Shown here: positions 1 through 12,295 of the stretch, piece after piece
Numbering within the stretch: the stretch's first letter is position 1
Layout of the letters: each line of letters begins with the position of its first letter
From: Isurus oxyrinchus
Lineage: Eukaryota
Direction: 5' to 3'
NCBI GenBank assembly: GCA_026770705.1
Contig: JANJGN010000032.1
Location: 14,322,001 to 14,386,000 of the forward strand
Length of the DNA: 64,000 nt
Notes under the pieces: generated by a model
The model's database searches: none
What the model saw: the letters and a program-made list of their open reading frames with translations, nothing else
Told to the model about the DNA's origin: nothing
Translations under genes and position numbers: made by a program

Positions 1-1145
1 ATCTGCATCCTATGGTCATACACTATCTGCACATTCATGGAGTGGAATCCCTTCCTGTTGACGAAGGCACCGAGCTGACCCGCTGGCGTCTTGATGGCCA
101 CGTGTGCAGTCAATGGCACCCTGGATGTGGGGGAACCCAGCAATCACTGCAAACCTCGTCTGAGCGGTAGTGAATGAAAGTCAATGCCCGCCTGAACAGA
201 GCGTCTGTCACCAGCTTGACACAACTGTGGACAGCTGACTGGGAGGCTCCACAAAGATCATCCATCAACCCCTGGAAAGAGCCGGAGGCATAGAAGTTGA
301 CGGCAACTTCAGAGCCAGTGGCATGGGGTGTCCACCCACACAGTCGGAGCTGATCTCAGGGCCTATCATCTGACAGATGGAGGTTACTGTCTCTCTTGAG
401 AGGCGGACCCTTTGGCACTGTACCTCAGACATATTGAGGTAGCTCCACTGCCTCCTGTAAACCCCAGCAGCAGGTTAGTGGCATCTTCTGCAGCCCCTTC
501 TGCCTTGGACTTCCTGCTGGCCCTGTGCCCCTTGTGGCTGCGCCTCTCCTCCCACAGGTCCCTCCCCTGGAGGCTGACTAAGGACACATGGCCTCCTCTC
601 CCTTCTGCCCCTCTCTTCCTCCTCAGAGGAGGTATCCCCAGCGGAGACCACAATCCCCATTCCCAGGGTAAGGGAAGGCTGTCTGATACCTGGAAGGCCC
701 CAAGTGTTATGATTCCTCCAGAGTCCTGAACTGAAGCCTGTTATTTCTGTGAAAGCAGCTCTGAAGTGAAATGAAGTTGTCCTGTTCACACAAGCAAGCA
801 GCAGTAAGTTATAATCTAAAGTACAAAAAACTCACATTAGCGAGCCCATTCACCCCTCTTATCCCGCCCGTGGATGAGATTTTTTAAATGTGGCCTATCC
901 GCCTGCCTGTTGCACCCGTGTGACACATTGAAAATTGGGCGGGCTGCGAAAAATCAACGTCAATTGCTGCCTCAAAGCCCTTAACTGGCCCGTTAATTAA
1001 TGGCGGGTGCGCCTCGGAACTCATAGCGCCTGCCATCCAAAATATCGCGATGGTGTGCAGTGACGTCGGGACACATGTCTGATGTCATCGCGCATCATCT
1101 TACTCATCGGGCCTGCTCTTCCACGCCGACGGAAAAATTCTGCCC
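1..1145 (-). mobile_element. PIF/Harbinger DNA transposon, 5' part (runs off the window start), with decayed transposase at 1-660
   Basis: Minus-strand translation across frameshifts gives MGIVVSAGDTSSEEEE..YLNMSEVQC..VGGHPMP..NFYASGSFQG..GFPHIQGAIDCTHVAIK..FVNRKGFHSMNVQIVCD (HARBI1-type DDE motifs). TIR aaaattctgccc ends at 1145. Confidence 0.9.
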
Positions 1146-1149
1146 ATAA

Positions 1150-1410
1150 AATCGTTGACAAAATCAAGAGGGGAGATGAGAATCTTTTTCACTATGAGAG
1201 TTGTCAGGATCTGAAAACCTCTACCTGAAAAGGTGGCAGAAGCTAATTCCATGAATAATTTTAAAAGGGAGTTGGAAAGGGACTCTAGAATGAATAACTT
1301 ACAGAGTTACGGACAAAAAACGAGGGACCGTGGGACAAAGCACAACTGCTCTTTCAAAGAGCCAGCACAGGCATGAAGGACCAAATGGCCTCCTTCTGCA
1401 CTTTAAGATC
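1150..1410 (+). mobile_element. CR1 LINE 3' end fragment
   Basis: Degenerate match to the CR1 tail seen at 4040-4470 (gagatgag..tttttcact..gagccagcacagg..ccaaatggcctccttctg). Confidence 0.65.
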
Positions 1411-1579
1411 CTGTAAAGAGCTTACTACAAGCAATAAGCAGGGGAAGAAAGCTGAATTAACACTGAAGCAAGGAACAGGTTAACAAAAAGTATTTGTCAA
1501 ATTATTTTGAATATCCTTGTTTGATTTTTCTTAGGCATTTTCTATTTTATTAGGAACTACTGAAATATGGAGAGCGGCT

Positions 1580-2110
1580 GTGCGCCTGCCAAAATGTCAA
1601 TGGCCTATTAAGGCCATTAAAAAACCAAGTAAAGCAGTTAGCAACACTGCCTGTCTAACCTGAAGGTTTTTGGGCAGGCGAAGAACCCAAGTGGCCTTTG
1701 CGTTTTTCAGGAAACTTCATCCACAGGCGGGATGAGGTTTCCTGAAGGTTTTATAAAATAATTAATTAATTTTTGCACATTTCATAAACATGTCCCAGCT
1801 CAATGTCACATAAGGGGACATGTCTAAATAATTTTTAACTTTATTATTTATAAACTTTTATTATGTATTGAATCTACCTCAGGGACATTTCTGCACTCTA
1901 GCGCACATGTGTGAAAGAGCGCAGGCCTGGACTCTCCCTCCTCCCCCAGCCCGCACAAGGAGCGCTGAGCGCTACCGGCCATGCGTCACGCTGGGCAGGC
2001 CTTAATCGGCCCACCCACGTAAAATGGCGGCACTCAGCTGATCACGGCCAGCAATCAGCTCTGTGCCAGCCCCCGCCCGCTCCCACCCAGCATAGGTAAG
2101 TTTCTGACCA
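1580..2110. mobile_element. Harbinger-family MITE, one end truncated
   Basis: Carries family internal palindromes (gaaacttcatcc..ggatgaggtttc; acatgtcc..ggacatgt) and ends in TIR-like aagtttctgacc. Confidence 0.75.
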
Positions 2111-2189
2111 AGGAGTCGTCAACCATTCCAACGTGATGGCTGATGATTCCTGACACATATGCTCAAGAAATGGATATATATTATGAGTA

Positions 2190-2560
2190 GGGAAGATAGT
2201 GGTGTAATGGTAATGTCACTGGATTAATAATGTAGCTGCCCAGGCTAATACCCTAGGGAGCAAGGGTGCAAACCCTACAGCAGCTGGTGGAGTTTTATAT
2301 TTATTTAATTGAAAGCTAGTCTTAGTGATGGTGTCATGAAACTATCATTGATTGTCATAAAATCCCATCTGGTTCGCTAACGCCCTTTCGGGAAGGAAAT
2401 CTGCTGTCCTAACCCAGTCTGGCCTACATGTGATTCCAGACTCATGGCAATGTAGCTGACTCTTAACTGCCCTCTGAAATGGCTTAGCAAGCCACTCAGT
2501 TCAAGGGGAATTAGGGATGGGCAACAAAATTAACAGATCCCATGAAAGAATTATAAAAAA
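2190..2560 (+). mobile_element. tRNA-derived SINE (family B; 3' tail shared with the CR1-clade LINE)
   Basis: Head ggtgtaatggtaatgtcactgg, body atctggttcgctaacgccctttcgggaaggaaatctgc, tail aaggggaattagggatgggcaac. At least six other copies occur in the window. Confidence 0.85.
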
Positions 2561-2894
2561 ATACACCTCAATTCATCCCAAGTGATGAGCATTTCACTTC
2601 TCCTCAAAAAAGTAAACTGCTCTGTGTTTGTGCAGGTAATGCATGCTGTGCGATGCAAGAGTGTCCCTCACTTAAAAACATGGCAGGGTATTTTCTTCGG
2701 TTCCAGGGTGTTCCAGTTAACTGAAGTTACAGAGTTCAGTGAAGCCAGGTGAATCAACAACGGTTTCCTCAGAATTTGATAAAAAATCATCAGTCTGAGA
2801 GGCTAACTTTCTTTCCCTCTCCACAGATGCTACCTGACCTGTGGAACTTTTCCAGCATTTTCTGTTTTGATTTCAGGATTTCCTAAGACTTGCT

Positions 2895-3310
2895 TATGCT
2901 GTGGTTCGGTTGGTAGCATGCTTCTCTCTAAAGTATAAACTTCTGGCTTCAAGTCCCACTTCAGGACTTGAGCATAAAAAGCAAGGCTGATGCTCCAGTA
3001 TAGTATGGAGGAAATGCTGTATTGTTGGAGGTGCTGTCTCTTGGATGAGAGGAAAAACTGAGGCCCTGTCTTCCTGCTCGGGTAAATATAAAAGATTTCA
3101 TGGCACTATTTCATAAAAGAGCAGGGGAGTTTTCCCTGGTGTCCTGGCCAATATTTATGTCAATTAACACCCCTAAAGCAGATTATCTGGTCATTTTCAC
3201 ATTGCTGTTTGTGGGAGCTTGCTGTGCGTAAATTAGCTGCCGTGTTTCCTACATTACAACAGTGACTACACTTCAAAAAGTACTTCATTGGCTGTAAGGT
3301 GCTTTGAGTC
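2895..3310 (+). mobile_element. tRNA-derived Deu-domain SINE (SacSINE1/DeuSINE-like, family A)
   Basis: A/B-box-like head (gtggttcggttggtagc..ttcaagtcccac), central ggatgagag..aaactgaggcc..atggcactatttc..ggtgtcctggccaat domain, L2-like tail. The family name is from recall. Confidence 0.8.
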
Positions 3311-4039
3311 AACTGGTGGTGGCAAAAACCACTACAGATCTTGCTCCTGTAGTCTCCCCTAGCCAGCTTGTCGTCGCTATTCTGCGCACATCTTTCTTGT
3401 ACATAGTCCCAAAACTTGGTTTGACCATCCAACTGGTTTTATCCAAGCAGGAACCTGTTTCTGAAGGTGATTAATTGTCAGTCATACACCCCACCCATCA
3501 CTGCAGCCATATTCTGACGGTGTAAGTAGGTCACTTCTTCGTATTTCAGGGTTGGTCATTCTGTCTTCACGCTTCATAACCAGTACTCTCCAAAAGCATC
3601 CATCTTTAGGAACCAGGTTGAAGCAACAAACAGAAGACCTGACTGGATCTAAGCCTTATAGAGTCTTCTTTTCCCATCCTATGGTCAGTGTAACCTCTTG
3701 CAGAACGATTCCTACATTACATTGAAAAGTGCCTTGAAACTTCTCCCAGTCAAGGTAATGTGTCTGACTTCATTCTAACTATATAATAAAATTGTTCTCC
3801 TTTAAAGGCCTACAATGCTCATTATTTCTGCCAAACATTTCTTTCTTTCGGTGTTGCTCCCACCCCTCCTCACCACTGTCTTAACCACCTCTACAGGTCT
3901 CAATCTGTTTTTGTCCACTCTATCCCCACAAGGCCTCCTGAGAGTTCCTCCCCACCGCTCCTTGACTGTCTATTCACACCAATGCAGGCTTTAGGCCTGT
4001 CCTTTACTCACTGCCCTCTAACTAGCCTGATCTCATCAC

Positions 4040-4470
4040 TTCTTTCTCATCCCTTTCCCTCTCCTTGGAGATGAGAAGGTTGAGAGGAGATTTGATAGAG
4101 GCATTCAAAATCATGAGGGATCTGGACAGAGTAGATAGGGAGACACTGTTCCCATTGGTGGAAGGATTGAGAACCAGAGGACACAGATTTAAGGTGATTG
4201 GCAAAAGAAGCAATGGTGACATGAGGAGAAACTTATTTATGCAGCAAGTGGTTACGATCTGGAATGCTTTGTTTGAGAGTGTGGTAGAAGCAGATTTAAG
4301 CATGGCTTTCAAAAGAGAATTGGATCATTATCTGAAGAGAAAAAATGTGTAGGGCTACGGGGAAAGGACAGGGGAGTGGGAGTAGATGAGTTGTTCACGC
4401 AGGGTGCTGGGACAGACACAACGGGCTGAATGGCCTCCTGTGCTGTCACCATTCTATGATTCTATGAAAA
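4040..4470 (+). mobile_element. CR1 LINE ORF2 C-terminus and 3' UTR
   Basis: ORF 4065-4352 reads RRLRGDLIEAFKIM..RTRGHRFKV..VVTIWNAL..FKRELD. Tail ggctgaatggcctcctgtgctg..ttctatgattctatga. Confidence 0.92.
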
Positions 4471-7400
4471 AAGAAGGGGAAGGAAGGGGATTATTTGATC
4501 TTTAATTTGAAAAATTGAACAGATGTGAAATGCTGTGGGATATTTCCTGTTGGCTTTGAAATCATGTTCCTGATAACACACCAATTTTACATATCCATGT
4601 CTGTGACAAATATTGCATCAACTCGTTCCACTGTGCACAAATCAATATAACACAATATAAATGTGATGTATTTGATCTCTCTAGGTTTGCTGTAATTAAG
4701 TGATATTGGAGCTAATGTCCAGCTTACATCAAGATTCTGGAGTTGGCTCGGAAAAGACATCTCTATATATCTTCCAGCCTCCACCAATGCAAGGTTAAAA
4801 GGGGCTTTCAGATGCCAGCCAGATCAGGACTATCCAGGATTGCCGCCAGACATCCAGTTGTTTATTAATGTTATACAAAAGACAAGGATGTATTGTAGTT
4901 CAACATTTGTTTGCAATCAATCTTTTGTGCACACACTGTATCTGAACACCAAACAACATTTCATATACTTACATCACTAGGTACTATTTATTACAAAAAA
5001 AGTCAATACAACACGCATTAGAATTCAAAAATGGTGCATTTCCAATTCTCACAATACTTCTCCCTTTTATTTCACATTACTCCTACCTTGATGGAATTCT
5101 TGGCAATATAACACCATCAGCAACTTCTCAGATAGAAAAATGAGTCTCCGCCTCCATCCTTCAACCATCCCAGTATATTCTAAACTCCTCCTAGGTCATC
5201 ACAGGTCGAAGGTCAAATCACAGGGCAAGGTTCAAGGGCTCATGGGATGCCAGACAGAGACAAAAGTTTGCATGTCAACAGTGCTCTTCATGTACAGGGA
5301 GATGTCTCAGAGCAGCTTACAGGGTGGTGCACAATGAGTGAGTGGGTGAGGATTTGGGGGGGCGGTGGATACAACCACAAATTTATATTTTTAAAAATGT
5401 TTCAAATCTACAAGGCAATCCTTTGCCATTAACCTACTAAAAATGATGAAGCAGGTTTCCTTTTTCAAAAAAAAAATTGCTGCTACTTCAAATTTGGTTT
5501 CCCAGTTCGTCTATTATTTTGAAATTCTGCCACTGCCCCATTTTGAAAGATTTTCTCTTTCAAACCTTTCACAATGGTGAGGCAAGCCACCCAAATACAT
5601 CTACCAAAGGGAAAAAGGCACACCGAACAGATCACACTACTGCCTGGGCTCATTGTCAATTCCTAAAGAAAGGAAAGAGTCTTAGAATCATTGAACAATG
5701 ACAAAAATTCTGTTATCTGACAATTGCAGGTTAATTCCAAGTTGGCTAGGCTTTAGGAAGCTTCAATGAATTGCTTATTTTGCGCTCAAGGGTGGCAAGT
5801 GTTTTAAACACAAGTGACAAATCCTTACTCCTCATGGGCTGTTTTACTTACTAAAAGCCATGACGAAATCTAAGCACAAGCGTTGAATAACAGACAGGTT
5901 ATCTCCCTAATATAGGTTGGAGTCTGAGTCACTCACCTACTGTTGGAGCTGGTCTTGTTTGTCTTAACACTCGAGAGTGTATTTTGACCTAAATGATTCA
6001 CAATATTGACTTCCACCAACAGCAATGGAACTGAATATTAGGTACTGGGTATAACAGGCCACTGCCCGAAATGAGCTTCTACCCCACAATCTTTACCATG
6101 AAAGGGAAAGATCCTGGATACAAAACCCAGAGCAAATACGAAACTGTTAGGGCAGAATTTTTGCTGATCTGACCTACAGGGAGCTGATTGGTCAGAATGC
6201 CACTTTTCAGCACTCTCTGCCCCTCACCCCCAACACTACAGAGTTTTAACTCCATAAGGTGTTGGTGATGTTAGTGATTGGTTGCCAGCCTTGATCGATA
6301 GCTGGGCTTTCAATTGGGTCGGGAGACACTCAGTGACAGTCACTGACAGACGGCTAGGTCTGCACCAGGAACAAAGGTAAATTGAAGGTTGGGGGAGCGG
6401 GGGTGCAGGGGTGACAGGAGCGGATAATCAGGGTGGGGATGGGGAGAACAAAGGGGGCTCCCAACTGAAGGCAGGGTGTGACCAGACAGGGTGTGGCGGG
6501 GGTAGCGGGGTGGGGGGGCAGGGCCTGGTAATGGCCAATTGCAGGGGGGATCTGGAGTGAAGGCAGCTGAGGGGGCTGACAATCCCAGGGAGGAAGTCAG
6601 GTGCTGGCAGGGAGTAGGAAGGGGGAAGGTTGGAGGCCTCAGTGAGGAAAGGGGAGGTTAGAGGCCTTGGAGTGGGGGAGAGAACAGGGTCAGGTGTGGG
6701 GGGTAGAGGGGAGGAAAAATTGGGGGCTGGTGATGGGGGTATCCTAGCTGAAATTCTACAGAGATGAGCCAGCACTGCTGTCTAGACAGTCTAATTCAAA
6801 CTAGCTACCGAATTAACTGACTAACTGCAGCTGCTTCTCCTGAAGGAAGGGTTTATCCCTGGCTAAGACTGAAAGAAACTTAACTTTAACAGTAAATTGT
6901 AGTTAAATTATAAATGCAAACTAGATTAGATTTTAGAACGATATTAACCCTTAAAATGCCCTCACTCACCAAATTCAAAAGCTCACACCGTGACTATCTG
7001 CACTCAATGACCAGCTGCTGTCTTTGTGCTTGCTAAGTTATTTCAGTTCAATCCATTTCTACCAGTAGACAATCAATTGGCTCCAGTTAGATTCATATGG
7101 GCCCAGTTAAAATCAACTGGACAAAATGGGGGTGTAAACTGGTTTCTAGTTGTGATTGGCAATTATTCTTGTTGTATCTTGTTAAACCCAGTTGTGACCT
7201 GTTAATTCCAGAAAGGACTAATTATGACCAGATGATATTTCCAACTGGTTTCAACGGGTTTGGAAGTCGGGGGGACGGGGGTGGAGGAATCAGGGCCTGA
7301 TGGTGGTGCGATGAAGATGGAGGCCTCAGGTGGCCATTAGGGGTGGGTGGTGGGGCGTCCGATCATGGAGGCTTCTCAGGCAGGCATTGATTCACCATCC

Positions 7401-9109
7401 TCACCTTGAGGAAGCTGAGGAAACCCGGCCAACAGCAGTTAAATTTCAAAACCTACAGGACAGTAAGGCTCATTTCATTTTCAATGTTCCAACCTGCCTC
7501 CTTGGATCAGATTGCTCACTTGTCCGCCTTCCAGCTTCAGTTAAAAACTGGAAATGGGTGGGTTTGAGACAGGTTTGGGTTGGGAAACAGATTTTTGAGA
7601 CTTTAACCCGCCACCTGACCCAATCCCACCCATTTTTATCAGTTAAAATGCAGCCCTTTCCAATCCAAGACCAGCTGATGCAATAAACTTGCCCCATACC
7701 TTGATGGCCAGACTAAACACTCCTCCCCTTCCCCTCACTCCCCCAATCCTCTGTCCTCCTCCCCTGACAGTCATACAGTCTCCTGGAAGAAGCAAAAAAA
7801 AGTCCAAAAATTTTGGGAGCTATTACGATTTGATAATTGGCTGGGTCAGAAGTCATAATGGGTAAACTACAAGACTACTCTTCAACAAGCTTCCAATACA
7901 ATCATGTCACAACCCAAATGAAGGTCAAGGTGATTCAATCATGATTAATCATGGCCTCTCTTTCCTGCCCTTGTTCTCAATTGTCCCATTGCCTTGTTGA
8001 CTATGATCCAACTTTGTTTTGGTGGGGTTTTTTTGCTTTATCGCATGACACTGTGTGATACTTAGGAGTATTTATATTCCGTCAGTGCAAAATGCTTTCC
8101 CCTATGCCCTGATACCTGTGTACTATAAATTCAGAGTCTGGTCAGTTATATCTTTTTTAAAAACTGGTTAATTCTGAGCTCATCGAGGAATGTGTTTTGC
8201 TGTAGAATAGAACGCTTTCCCATTCAGACACCTTGAGGCCAAATCAAACATTATCTTGGTCAGCAATTGCGCAGTTCGATGAAGAGTACAGCTGCCTCTA
8301 CTCTTAACTGACTGCTTCAGCCTCAGAGAAGCACAACCCATCTGTGTCAGGGTGACAGTTTCCATTTCAGACACCATGTGACCCAGATGGCCAACCAGCG
8401 CCAAAGGTCCAAATCCTACCAAGAAATGACCGAGATTGCACAAACCCATTTCAACTGAAGCAGACAGATGAAACTTTAACCCTATCAGTCTGGACACAAG
8501 GGGCTCAGGAGGGGTGGGGGGAGAGGAATGGGGGGTGCAGGGATGGTGGTGGGGAATTTTGACTTTGGGAAATAGAGTAGAACAGGAGATATCAATTCAG
8601 ATTCCTACTGTGTATCTCTCTTGGTTTTAATTTCCAATGCTTGGGCCTGGTGTTGAAAGGCCATGTGTGCAACTCACTTTAAAGGGGTCTATTCCTTGAA
8701 ATTCTGCTCTGATGACAAAGTTCACTCCACCATCTATTTGTGACCATTAAGAGCAACTAGACAGCAGCACACAAATGGGTTTTAACTCAAGTGGGAAATT
8801 CAGGTTAGCCCAACCGTGGAAGACGATTGCAAATAAAGAGTCCTTAGCCGGCTGATCGTTTTCTAAACACATTCACCAGTGGATTACAGATATTCAATTC
8901 TACCTTCCAGCCAAGAGGATGCCCTAAATGAAGAAACCAACTGTGCTTTGGGTTTGAAAAAAACTTGACAGGCTGAGCTCAGGCTAGAGCAGTGAAGCAC
9001 AATGAGCAACAGCAGCATTCCTCATGGGTGGAATACTCACTGTGTTAAAAATTGGTCACGGTCACCAGGATGGAATTATTTGTGGTTACGCTTGGACTAG
9101 AACCATTAC

Positions 9110-9340
9110 TTTCAACAACAACAACAGCCTATATTTCTTTTGCACCTTTAACATAATGAAGCATCCCAAGGTGTTTCATAGGAGCGTTATAAAACAAAAT
9201 ATGCCATTGAGCCACATGAGAAGATTAGGTCAGATAACCAAAAGCTTTGTCAAAGAGGCAGGTTTCAAGGGGCATCTTAAAGGAGGAAAACAAGGTCGAG
9301 AGGCAGAGAGGTGGAGGGAGGGTATTGCAGAGCTGAGCAG
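9110..9340 (-). mobile_element. L2 LINE 3' end fragment
   Basis: Matches the L2 tail at 38640-38860 (caacaac..gcacctttaacataat..ggagcgttataaaacaaaat). Confidence 0.75.
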
Positions 9341-9377
9341 CGCAGAATTTTTGGCTGTGAAGACTTGCTCTCACATG

Positions 9378-10438
9378 GGGCAGAATTTTGCCCTTGGCAG
9401 GCGGGCTCGGCGAGGGTGGTCAGGAAGCCGACCGCCGCCCATGACTGGCACCGCACTGCGATTTCACGCTGGCCGGCCAATTAAGTTCTGCCCAGCATGA
9501 AACGCGAGCGGCAGCGCTCAATGCTGCCTGTGTCGGGGTGGTGGGGGAGGGGAAGTGCAAGCTGGCTGAGTGCGAACTTCGCACATGCGCACAAGTGAGC
9601 GCTGCACAATCTCCCTGAAGCAGCTCCGTGCCTCAGGGAGATGAAGAGATATATTTAAAAAATTTTAAAATAGAAATGTAATAAAACATGTCAGCATCAC
9701 ATGAGCGGGGACGTGTTATTAATGAAAAATTAAAGTTTCTATTTTATTTGCTTTTTTTTATCCATGCATGGGATATGGGTATCGCTGACTAGGCCAGCAT
9801 TTATTACCCATCCCTAATTGCCCTTATTCACAGGGCAGTTAAGAATCAACCACATTGCTGTGGGTCTGGAGTCACATGTAGGCCAGACCAGGTAAAGTGA
9901 AGCAGACAGAAGAAACTTTAACCCCATCAGTCTGGATGGAGGGGCTGCTGAGGAATGGTGGGGAGGGCGGTAGGAATTGTGTCCTAAAGGACATTAGTGA
10001 ACCAGATGACTTTTAATTCCAGTTTATTTTTATTGAATTCAAATTTCATCATCTGCCATGGTGGGATTTAAACCCAGGTCCCCAGAGCGTTACGCTGGGT
10101 CTCTAGAATACCAGTCCAGTGCCAATACCACTATGCCACCGCCTCCCTGGTTAAGGGGGAGGTTTAAAAAAAAAATGCAAAGGCCGCTTGGCCTTTTCGC
10201 CTGCCTGCCAACTGTCCGGTTGGATGGGCAGCGAAAACTTTATGTTAATTGATAACTTAATGGCCTTAACAAAAGCCTTTTAATTGTCGGTGGGTGCACT
10301 GCCAACTCCGGAGCACGCCCGTCAGCCAAACTATCACTTGACTGTGCATTGACATCGGCATTCTCAGCTGACATTAACGCATGCCATTTCATGCTTGAGC
10401 GGGTCGGGCACACGCCTGCAGAGCGAAAATTTCTGCCC
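9378..10438. mobile_element. Harbinger MITE carrying a nested SINE B (about 9755-10148, minus)
   Basis: TIRs gggcagaatttt / aaatttctgccc. Flanking triplets atg / ctg (one mismatch). Confidence 0.85.
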
Positions 10439-10552
10439 CTGGGGAGTAGTTCAGGGAAATGGCATAGATGCATTTAAAAGAAGCGTATATAGGTACATAG
10501 GAGGTCTTGTGGCACACTGGATAGGGTTCCTACCTCTAAGCCAGAAGCTTCA

Positions 10553-11181
10553 GGCCTGAATTTTCCAGTCGGCGGGTGGGGGTGATTGCGGAGCCAATTG
10601 CTGCCCGCAATTGGCTTTGCACTGCCATTTTACCCAGGCAGGCCAATTAAGGCCCGCCCAGTGTAATACTTGAGCCGTAGTGTTTAGCGCTACCTGTGTG
10701 GGCAGGGGGAGGAGAGAGAGTCGGGGCCAGCGCTCTTTCATGTATGCGTGCGAAAGAGCACTTCAATCTCCCTGAGGCACGGAGCTGCCTCATTGAATCG
10801 CTATTGAAATGATTAAATAAATGGATTAAAAATTTATTTAAACATGTCCGCTCATGTGACTGTGTCACATGAGACGGGACATGTTTTTATATTTAGGAAA
10901 TGTTTAAAATTTAATTATTAAGAGCTTTAGGAAACCTCATCCCATTCATGGATGAGGTTTCCTAAAAAACATGAAGGCAGCTTGGGCTTTTCACCTGCCC
11001 GCCAACCGTAAGGTTGGACGGGGCAGCGTTAACAATGACATTAATTACTTCCTTAATGGCCTTAATAGGCCGTTTAAATATCGGTGGGCACGAGAACAGA
11101 ACATCATGATGATGTCAGGATGTCATTTTAGGCGCCGGCGTGTTGGGCCCGCCCCCGCACGCTGACTGAAAAATCCTGCCC
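10553..11181. mobile_element. Complete Harbinger MITE (629 bp) with TCA target duplication, inserted in a SINE head
   Basis: TIRs ggcctgaatttt / aaaatcctgccc. TCA at 10550-10552 and 11182-11184. Removal restores ccagaagct-tca-ggttcaagtcccactcc. Confidence 0.92.
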
Positions 11182-11941
11182 TCAGGTTCAAGTCCCACTC
11201 CAGGACTTAAGAAAGTGCATTCATAACATGGCCAAACAGGTTAATTGTCAACCTGCAAATCCTTCCAACACACACCAATGGCAGGTAGTAAGAGCAGAAG
11301 AGATTCCTGGTCAGCCATATGATGGAAAGAATGTTGGAGCTTTTACCATCACTATCCATAGCTCCAGACTACAACATGCATGGAAAAGTGCATGTTACCA
11401 CTGCAACTCGGACTCCTGAGTGATCTGTGACACACCACCATCCTTTAAGTACATGAGAGAGAAAGGAACAGATGATTATATTGAAAAGAGATGAAATACA
11501 GTTGAAGGAGGCTTGCATGAAGCATCAACCAGTTGGGCCAAATAGCTTGTTTCTATGCAGCAATTCCTATGTACATTGAGAAATGCTTTTACGTCTACAA
11601 ATACAATCATATGCTGCCCACACACGTTAGTGACCAGGTGCAAGGCAGACTGAAGTTGGATCATACACAAATGACGTGCCCAACAGTATGCTGATCATGG
11701 CTGAATATCTAACAATAGGAAGCAAACTCCAGGCGTGGAACAAACTTCAGACCTCTTATCCCTCATGACCCTTGGAATACTTGACACTGCACTACAATTG
11801 TTGCACAGAGCATCAATCAAGGAATGAGCTATTGAACGCCATCAAAGGAGCTGGATTAAACCAGTTCACAAAGCCAATTGGAGTATAATTCTCAGCTAGT
11901 TATGGCAGTGAGTAGGCAGCTGAACCACAAAGATCAAAGGT

Positions 11942-12295
11942 GGGGAGATGGTGATATTATGGTAATGTCGCTCGGCTAATAATCCAGAGGTCCAGGTTAA
12001 TACTCTAGGGGCATGGGGGAATTAAACTTCATTTAATAAATCTGGAATATAAAGCTAGTCAAACCATCACTGATTGTTGTAAATCTCCATCTGGTTCACT
12101 AATGTTCATTGGGGAAGGAAATCTGCCATCCTTAACTGGTCTGGCCTACATGTGACTCCAGACCCACAGCAATGTGGTTGGCTCTTAACTGCCTTCTGAA
12201 ATGGCCTAGCAAGCCACTATGTCCAAGTGCAATTAGGGATGGGCAACGAACGCTGGCCTTTCCAGTGACACCCACATCCCATGAAAGAATAAATA
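11942..12295 (+). mobile_element. SINE family B, near full length
   Basis: Same head, body and tail as 2190-2560. Confidence 0.85.

Noticed and set aside
6340-6775. Proline-rich minus-strand ORFs
   Set aside because: By-product of G-rich low-complexity sequence inside an unclassified repeat.
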